A stretch of 40,313 nt of DNA from IMG/VR virus record IMGVR_UViG_3300021082_000063, positions 1 through 40,313 of that record. One strand, 5' to 3'. How positions within the stretch are numbered: the stretch's first letter is position 1; each line of letters opens with the position of its first letter. This document shows, one piece after another, positions 36,062-40,313 of this stretch. The position numbers were made by a program, and so were the translations under genes. The notes beneath the pieces were generated by a model. That model worked only from the letters and a program-made list of their open reading frames with translations, was not told the origin of the DNA and searched no databases. Source of the DNA: a virus. Its lineage: Duplodnaviria; Caudoviricetes.

Positions 36062-36442
36062 ATGCAAGATTTCAGCACGATGGCGCAGCAGATGCAGAAC
36101 ATCGCCGCGCCCGGCAAGATGCCGATGGCGACGATGCAGGGTCGCGGCCCGATTGTCGCGCCACCCGGCGGCGCTGGCGTTGCGCCTCCAATGGCACCGG
36201 CAGGGCCTGCGGGACCGGGGCAGGACGGCGGCCAGCTGATGGCGATGATCCAGATGATCGCGCAGCAGATCGAGGAGGTCACCGGCATCCCGGCGACGCC
36301 GGAGCAAATTCAGGCAGCACTGTCACAGGTGATGCCCGGCGTGGGAGCTGGCGCTGGCGCAATGCCTCCCGGTGGCGCAGCACCGGCTCCCGGCGGCGGG
36401 GCGCAGCCGATGGTTCCTCCGCAGCTTGGCATGAAGAGGTGA
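36062..36442 (+). CDS. Pro/Gly/Met/Gln-rich hypothetical protein
   Basis: AAGGGG RBS; low-complexity ends flanking a short helical core. Confidence 0.7.
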   Translation: MQDFSTMAQQMQNIAAPGKMPMATMQGRGPIVAPPGGAGVAPPMAPAGPAGPGQDGGQLMAMIQMIAQQIEEVTGIPATPEQIQAALSQVMPGVGAGAGAMPPGGAAPAPGGGAQPMVPPQLGMKR

Positions 36443-36446
36443 GACG

Positions 36447-37046
36447 ATGCGCCGTTTACTTTCCGCACTGGTTCTGCTGCTCGCCGGTTTGTCTCCGGCG
36501 ATGGCACAGCCGTTCCCGGCGACCGGAGTGCCGACCTACTACGGATCGGTTCTCGATTACTCGGTGCCAGCCAACGCCACCGACATCGCCTGTCTGGAGG
36601 GTGCTGCTGGCAAGGTGGTCAAACTCAACGGCGCGTTTATTTCCGGCACCGCGCTGACGGCGGCGTCGATCAACGTCACGACGATGCGGCGGATTTCGTT
36701 GAACGTCGGCGGCACCAGCAACGAGATCAACCCGACATCCGGCAACCCGACGCACGGCGCGGCGTTGGCGAAGCTGAAATTCTGGACTGTCAGCCCGGCC
36801 ACGCTTGGCAACACCGATGTGCCTCCGAAGGGCATCGTGTTCAGGCGGCTGCGCTGGGACATTGGCGCTGCGCTCAGCTCGCCGGACGCCAGCTTGGCGA
36901 TGATCGCATCGCAGGCGAACAATCCGTACACCTCGCAGCCTGAAATCCGCAGCGCCACCAACGCGATCTGCATTGGGTTTGGCGGCACCGGATCGCCAGC
37001 GGCGCTGATCAACATCAACGTGGTTTGGACGGAGACTGACAGCTAA
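36447..37046 (+). CDS. Secreted beta-rich hypothetical protein
   Basis: Signal peptide MRRLLSALVLLLAGLSPAMA; GAGGT RBS. Confidence 0.8.
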   Translation: MRRLLSALVLLLAGLSPAMAQPFPATGVPTYYGSVLDYSVPANATDIACLEGAAGKVVKLNGAFISGTALTAASINVTTMRRISLNVGGTSNEINPTSGNPTHGAALAKLKFWTVSPATLGNTDVPPKGIVFRRLRWDIGAALSSPDASLAMIASQANNPYTSQPEIRSATNAICIGFGGTGSPAALININVVWTETDS

Positions 37047-37057
37047 CGGAGGCGGCT

Positions 37058-37267
37058 ATGATCGGCTCACTGGTTTCTCTGGTCGTCTACCTATTGGTGG
37101 TCGGCCTGATCGTCTGGCTGCTGCTCTGGCTGATCGACTACATCCCGGTGCCGGAGCCGTTCGCTCGCGTCGCCAAGATCATCATCATGGTGGTGGCTGT
37201 GCTGATCGTCATCTTCGTGCTGCTCGGCCTGATCGGCGAGGCACCGTCACTCAGGCTACCGCGCTAG
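37058..37267 (+). CDS. Two-TM small membrane protein (Thivi_2564-like)
   Basis: Two hydrophobic helices joined by 'IDYIPVPEPF'; GGAGG RBS. Confidence 0.75.
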   Translation: MIGSLVSLVVYLLVVGLIVWLLLWLIDYIPVPEPFARVAKIIIMVVAVLIVIFVLLGLIGEAPSLRLPR

Positions 37268-37554
37268 CGTTTTCCTCTGAGGATTTCGGAGACGCGCCCA
37301 CCGTTGCGGAGGCCGACCTGTTCGGCGATCTGATGCATGGTCATCTCGGTTTCCGCGAGATCGATCACCGCCTCCCGCATGTCGGAGCTGATGAACTCCA
37401 TCTCCATTGGGGCGCGGCGAACCGGCGAGGCCCGCACCGTCAGTGCCTCCGCCTTGCGGCTGAGATCGTGCGCCTCGTCGATCAGCGCCATCGCCTCCAG
37501 CATCTTGCTGCGTGATCGCGCCATCAACACTCTTGCCCTCGCCATGTCACTCAT
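37264..37554 (-). CDS. Small HTH DNA-binding protein
   Basis: C-terminal MTMHQIAEQVGLRNGGRVSEILRGKR; AGGAGG RBS. Confidence 0.75.
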   Translation of the reverse strand: MSDMARARVLMARSRSKMLEAMALIDEAHDLSRKAEALTVRASPVRRAPMEMEFISSDMREAVIDLAETEMTMHQIAEQVGLRNGGRVSEILRGKR

Positions 37555-37637
37555 GTGTATCCTCCTGTTTGGCGCGTCGCGGCTGTCGGGACATTAACTA
37601 GACCTCGTATCCCCATGTACTTGTCGGTCGCGGCGCG

Positions 37638-37760
37638 CTACTGCCGTCGTCTGCAGCCACCTATAAAGCAGGCCAGCCAGCGCCAGCGGTACGGTCCGTG
37701 CCAGACGTGGGGTTCGTAGGACACCCACCAGCCCAGCTCGTTCTGCATCACCAGCCGCAT
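37638..37760 (-). CDS. 40-aa Trp-rich peptide (MRLVMQNELGWWVSY...)
   Basis: Its ATG overlaps the TGA of the upstream gene; below the ORF-track cutoff. Confidence 0.35.
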   Translation of the reverse strand: MRLVMQNELGWWVSYEPHVWHGPYRWRWLACFIGGCRRRQ

Positions 37761-37999
37761 CACTGGCTCTCCAGCCGCTGGATTTCCTTGCGGACGGCGA
37801 TCCACGCCTCGCGCAGCTCGTCGTTTCGCCAGCCGGTTTCGTTGGCATGCAAGCCGCCGTCGCGAAAATAGATCGCATCAGCGGCGATCTCAAGCACGGC
37901 GAGCCACGGCTCGCGATCCATCTGCCTTGGGATGATCTCGCGGATTTCAGCGTTGATGCGCTTCAGCTTCGCGCTTCTGATGCCGGTGCGTAGTATCAT
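37760..37999 (-). CDS. Hypothetical protein
   Basis: Coupled ORF in the leftward cluster. Confidence 0.65.
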   Translation of the reverse strand: MILRTGIRSAKLKRINAEIREIIPRQMDREPWLAVLEIAADAIYFRDGGLHANETGWRNDELREAWIAVRKEIQRLESQ

Positions 38000-38220
38000 G
38001 GCCGTTGTCCCCTAATGGCGCGGCGCACCTGTGCGATCATGTTCTTGTGAGCGGTGTTTAGGTTGTTTCGTCGCGAACGTCCTTTTGGCAGGACGCCTGC
38101 GAGCTGGTTGCCGACGTAGATTTTGTGGTGGCGCGTCCCATCTTCTATCCGCCACGGCAGGCCGCAGCCGTTTAGTAGTTCTTCTAGGTCGCCGGGCAGG
38201 AACCTCACGACGACACCCAC
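37996..38220 (-). CDS. Small protein, possibly HicA-like fold
   Basis: Helix, W.IEDG.RHHKI, strand, C-terminal helix (KN..AQVRR); 74 aa. Confidence 0.5.
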   Translation of the reverse strand: MGVVVRFLPGDLEELLNGCGLPWRIEDGTRHHKIYVGNQLAGVLPKGRSRRNNLNTAHKNMIAQVRRAIRGQRP

Positions 38221-38414
38221 TGGCAGTCGTCGAGCAGCACCTTGATGGTCTTGCCGGATTTATCCAGCTTGACGTGGGCGATCTGCGCTTCAGCGACGGT
38301 GGCGAGGCCGCGCTGTTTACCGGCTGGCCGCTTGGTCGTCTTGATCAAGACGCCGTAGCGGTCGCCCATCATCCACCTGTCGGTGTAGACGGGGATTTGA
38401 ACGCGGATCGTCAT
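38205..38414 (-). CDS. Hypothetical protein (69 aa)
   Basis: AAGGAGG RBS before ATG 38414; 'DRWMMGDRYG...VKLDKSGK'. Confidence 0.7.
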   Translation of the reverse strand: MTIRVQIPVYTDRWMMGDRYGVLIKTTKRPAGKQRGLATVAEAQIAHVKLDKSGKTIKVLLDDCQWVSS

Positions 38415-38650
38415 TGCTGCTCCTCCTTCTGCGGCGTCGGCCAAGTCACGCCAAGTTCCTTTTTCCACTCGAAACAGATGCAATCGCCGCCGTCGGTGAT
38501 GATGACGCGATCCACGAACCCAAGCACTGAGTGAGGACCGCAGGCGAGACGGTGCGATGCCTTGACGGCATCCAGCTCGCCGACGAAGCGCAGCTCCTCG
38601 TGCTGGCCGCCGTCGCGATCCCACCAGTAGACTGAAAATTCGTCGGTCAT
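38411..38650 (-). CDS. Hypothetical protein (79 aa)
   Basis: ATG at 38650; 'EFSVYWW...RVIITDGGDCICFEWK'. Confidence 0.75.
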   Translation of the reverse strand: MTDEFSVYWWDRDGGQHEELRFVGELDAVKASHRLACGPHSVLGFVDRVIITDGGDCICFEWKKELGVTWPTPQKEEQQ

Positions 38651-38712
38651 GTTTCCGCCCATGCAATCACCAAGAGGCACCACAAGATCAGGATGAAGCC
38701 GATCAATTCCAT
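38647..38712 (-). CDS. 21-aa hydrophobic peptide (MELIGFILILWCLLVIAWAET)
   Basis: Bridges its neighbours exactly with TGATG and ATGA overlaps; GGAG RBS. Confidence 0.5.
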   Translation of the reverse strand: MELIGFILILWCLLVIAWAET

Positions 38713-39092
38713 CACGTTCCACTCCGCGTGATGCCCGATCCAGCCAGCTCCATGAAGCCGGGCGGGATGGCTGCAGCCTCGACAGCGACCAGTGCGTCAA
38801 ACACCGCCTTGGTGCGCCGCTCGACTAGGTTGCGATCAGCGTTGGGGGATATTTCAGCGACGATGTTTTCTAGGATGTTGGTTTTTGTCTCCCAGCCATC
38901 ACCCCAATCCCCACTGTGGGAAACCGTTTCCTCAGTGAACACCTTGCCGACAAACTTGCCGGTGGATGTTGACACCCACTCAACCTGTTTGCGTCGGCCC
39001 ATGATGCCGGTAGACATTTTGTAGCCTCGGCTTTTTCTGCTGACGGTCGTGCTTACAACCTCAGTCACCGAGAATTTTAGCTGCGTATTCAT
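38712..39092 (-). CDS. Hypothetical protein
   Basis: GAGGG RBS before ATG 39092. Confidence 0.65.
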   Translation of the reverse strand: MNTQLKFSVTEVVSTTVSRKSRGYKMSTGIMGRRKQVEWVSTSTGKFVGKVFTEETVSHSGDWGDGWETKTNILENIVAEISPNADRNLVERRTKAVFDALVAVEAAAIPPGFMELAGSGITRSGT

Positions 39093-39102
39093 GGCCGTTC
39101 CC

Positions 39103-39285
39103 TCACAAATCCCATGCTTCGATATCGTTGATCCGCCAATCGATTGCCTCTTCAGCGACGTCGATCTTGCGGCAGGCGGCGCGGAATGCGCCGATGTCCC
39201 TAGTTGCGGTGAAATCATCGACGATATGAGCGGGGATACTCATCGCCTCGACCTCAACTCCGACTTGGTGCCAGTTCGTTTTCAT
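39103..39285 (-). CDS. Hypothetical protein (60 aa)
   Basis: GAGGG RBS, ATG at 39285; first gene after the promoter. Confidence 0.65.
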   Translation of the reverse strand: MKTNWHQVGVEVEAMSIPAHIVDDFTATRDIGAFRAACRKIDVAEEAIDWRINDIEAWDL

Positions 39286-39296
39286 ACCCTCTTCTC

Positions 39297-39332
39297 CCAT
39301 ATCGCATGGAAGCCGTCAACCATTAAATATGG
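39297..39332 (-). promoter_or_regulatory. Promoter flanked by two CCAT-N5-ATGG operators
   Basis: TTGACG on the minus strand at 39314-39319; operators at 39297-39309 and 39320-39332. Confidence 0.65.
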
Positions 39333-39607
39333 GGCCGCCGTTTCCCTCTCTCAACATACTCAGTCCCTTCTGGTTGACTGTTCTAAGAGGCTAGTCGGCG
39401 TGGTGGGCGAGGGTTCAAGAGGCCACACCCCCCTTACCCCCATTCAGGAAAATGTTCCTGACTGGAAGGTAGGGAGATGGGCCTGACGGTCGTCGCGGAG
39501 CCGCGATGGGACTGTCGGCCTGACCGGCGTTTTGCTGCCACGGCATCCGGTCGGGAGAACTAAATCCCCTACACCTGACGTGTAATCCGGTCGCTGGCGG
39601 CTGGGGA

Positions 39608-39636
39608 TTGATGCGGAGGCCTGCGGTTGCTATTTT
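39608..39636 (+). promoter_or_regulatory. Sigma70-like promoter for a short antisense RNA
   Basis: TTGATG-N17-TATTTT with an extended -10 TG at 39628-39629. Confidence 0.55.
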
Positions 39637-39642
39637 GGCCTC

Positions 39643-39712
39643 AACATCCTCGCCTTCCCGCCGGAGGGTCTGGATCAGAAGGGCGGCCTCTTTCGAACAG
39701 GGGCCGCCTTTC
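39643..39712 (+). ncRNA. Candidate ~70-nt counter-transcript
   Basis: Lies between the promoter and a terminator-like hairpin at 39679-39711 whose G-U pairs work only on the + strand. Confidence 0.4.
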
Positions 39713-39720
39713 GCACGTCA

Positions 39721-39750
39721 AAGCTATGTCAGCTCGATGACATCTGTCCA
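39721..39750 (-). promoter_or_regulatory. Promoter reading into the non-coding region
   Basis: TGGACA-N18-TAGCTT; overlapped by an ATGTCA-N6-TGACAT palindrome at 39726-39743. Confidence 0.45.
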
Positions 39751-39751
39751 G

Positions 39752-39799
39752 CCACAAGATGTAGTGGGTGTGGATGCACCGACCTACCAGATGTAGTAG
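39752..39799. promoter_or_regulatory. Tandem NrdR-box-like sites
   Basis: CCACAAGATGTAGTGG (39752-39767) and CTACCAGATGTAGTAG (39784-39799), 32 bp apart; compare the consensus acaCwAtATaTwGtgt. Confidence 0.6.
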
Positions 39800-39932
39800 G
39801 TCGGTCACCGAACATAGAAACCAAACGGAACCCGGTGCGTTCTGATTGTGGCTGGGCGGCTCTATCACCCCTTGGGCGGCTTCAGCTAAGTCGTGGCCGG
39901 GCGGCCTGCGCTGCTCCGGCCACGCACGAATA

Positions 39933-39960
39933 AACCCGCCGGGATCGCGCCCGGCGGGTT
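39933..39960. terminator. Intrinsic terminator after DUF932 (possibly bidirectional)
   Basis: AACCCGCCGGG-ATCGCG-CCCGGCGGGTT with T-rich flanks on both strands. Confidence 0.7.
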
Positions 39961-39990
39961 CTCTTTGGTATCGGAAACCTATCCGAAGGT

Positions 39991-40313
39991 TTAGGCGGCG
40001 ATCTTCACCCCCCGCAGCTCCGCCATCGCGTTCGTCAGCGTGAACAGCGCCTTGTTCAGGTTGACGTTGCTATCCACGCCCTTGATCTGGCGAGTGGTCG
40101 AACGGCGGATCACGCCGTTGTCGTTGGTGCGGCGACCCTGCAGGCCACCCTTGATCGCGTTTTCCTGAACGCGATTGAAGGTCGTCCAGAGATCGTTGGA
40201 ACGATCCTCCCAGCGGCGCGGCTGCAGCAGCTGCTCCGGCGCGATGGCAGACACCGGGGCCTCGCCCTCGATCTGCTCACCGAAGCGGATTTGGTGGGCA
40301 GCGTTGGCGAAGA
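39991..40313 (-). CDS. DUF932-family protein, C-terminal part
   Basis: LLQPRR.ED...DLWTTFNRVQEN.IKGG...TR.IKG.D..V.LNKALF; in frame with 655..1 through the overlap. Confidence 0.85.
   Translation of the reverse strand, partial: FANAAHQIRFGEQIEGEAPVSAIAPEQLLQPRRWEDRSNDLWTTFNRVQENAIKGGLQGRRTNDNGVIRRSTTRQIKGVDSNVNLNKALFTLTNAMAELRGVKIAA
40212..40313 (+). repeat. Right copy of imperfect 102-bp terminal direct repeat
   Basis: 94 of 102 bases identical to 1-102. Confidence 0.95.

Larger units (their letters stand above)
1..40313. mobile_element. Complete (circularly closable) tailed phage genome, P22-like podovirus architecture, probable alphaproteobacterial host
   Basis: Full terminase, portal, capsid, tail, ejection and lysis gene set. 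The ends overlap by 102 bp inside one gene, and there are no host housekeeping genes. Confidence 0.93.

Noticed and set aside
39608-39868. Short ORFs (62 aa +, 75 aa -) in the non-coding region
   Set aside because: No RBS, atypical composition, and they overlap promoter, operator and hairpin elements.

Overview
This window is an essentially complete phage genome of about 40.2 kb. It is GC-rich, and its 102-bp terminal overlap joins a split DUF932 gene, so it circularises. The virion module is podovirus-type: TerS/TerL, a P22-like portal, an N4-gp56/DUF4043-type capsid, gp4/gp10-like tail proteins, three ejection proteins (one with a SleB hydrolase domain), two S74-chaperoned fibres and a TIGR02594-like endolysin. 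GcrA and a VPGP-CTERM protein suggest an alphaproteobacterial (Hyphomicrobiales-like) host; this is inference. I recognise no integrase, CI, DNA polymerase, primase or Rep initiator. The most notable signals are: (1) a ~600-bp non-coding region with tandem NrdR-like boxes, converging promoters, a predicted ~70-nt antisense RNA and a G5-TAA-G6 tract, resembling a ColE1-type RNA-primed origin under dNTP-sensor control; (2) a cassette after the portal of separate ParB-like and ADP-ribosyltransferase-like genes sharing an N-terminal 'LLET(L/I)xAL' leader and C-terminal tails; (3) a phage-borne PEP-CTERM-type surface protein; (4) a genome-wide CCAT-N5-ATGG operator set; and (5) three tandem pseudoknot-like units upstream of the capsid gene. 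All family assignments come from reading motifs by eye, with no database search.
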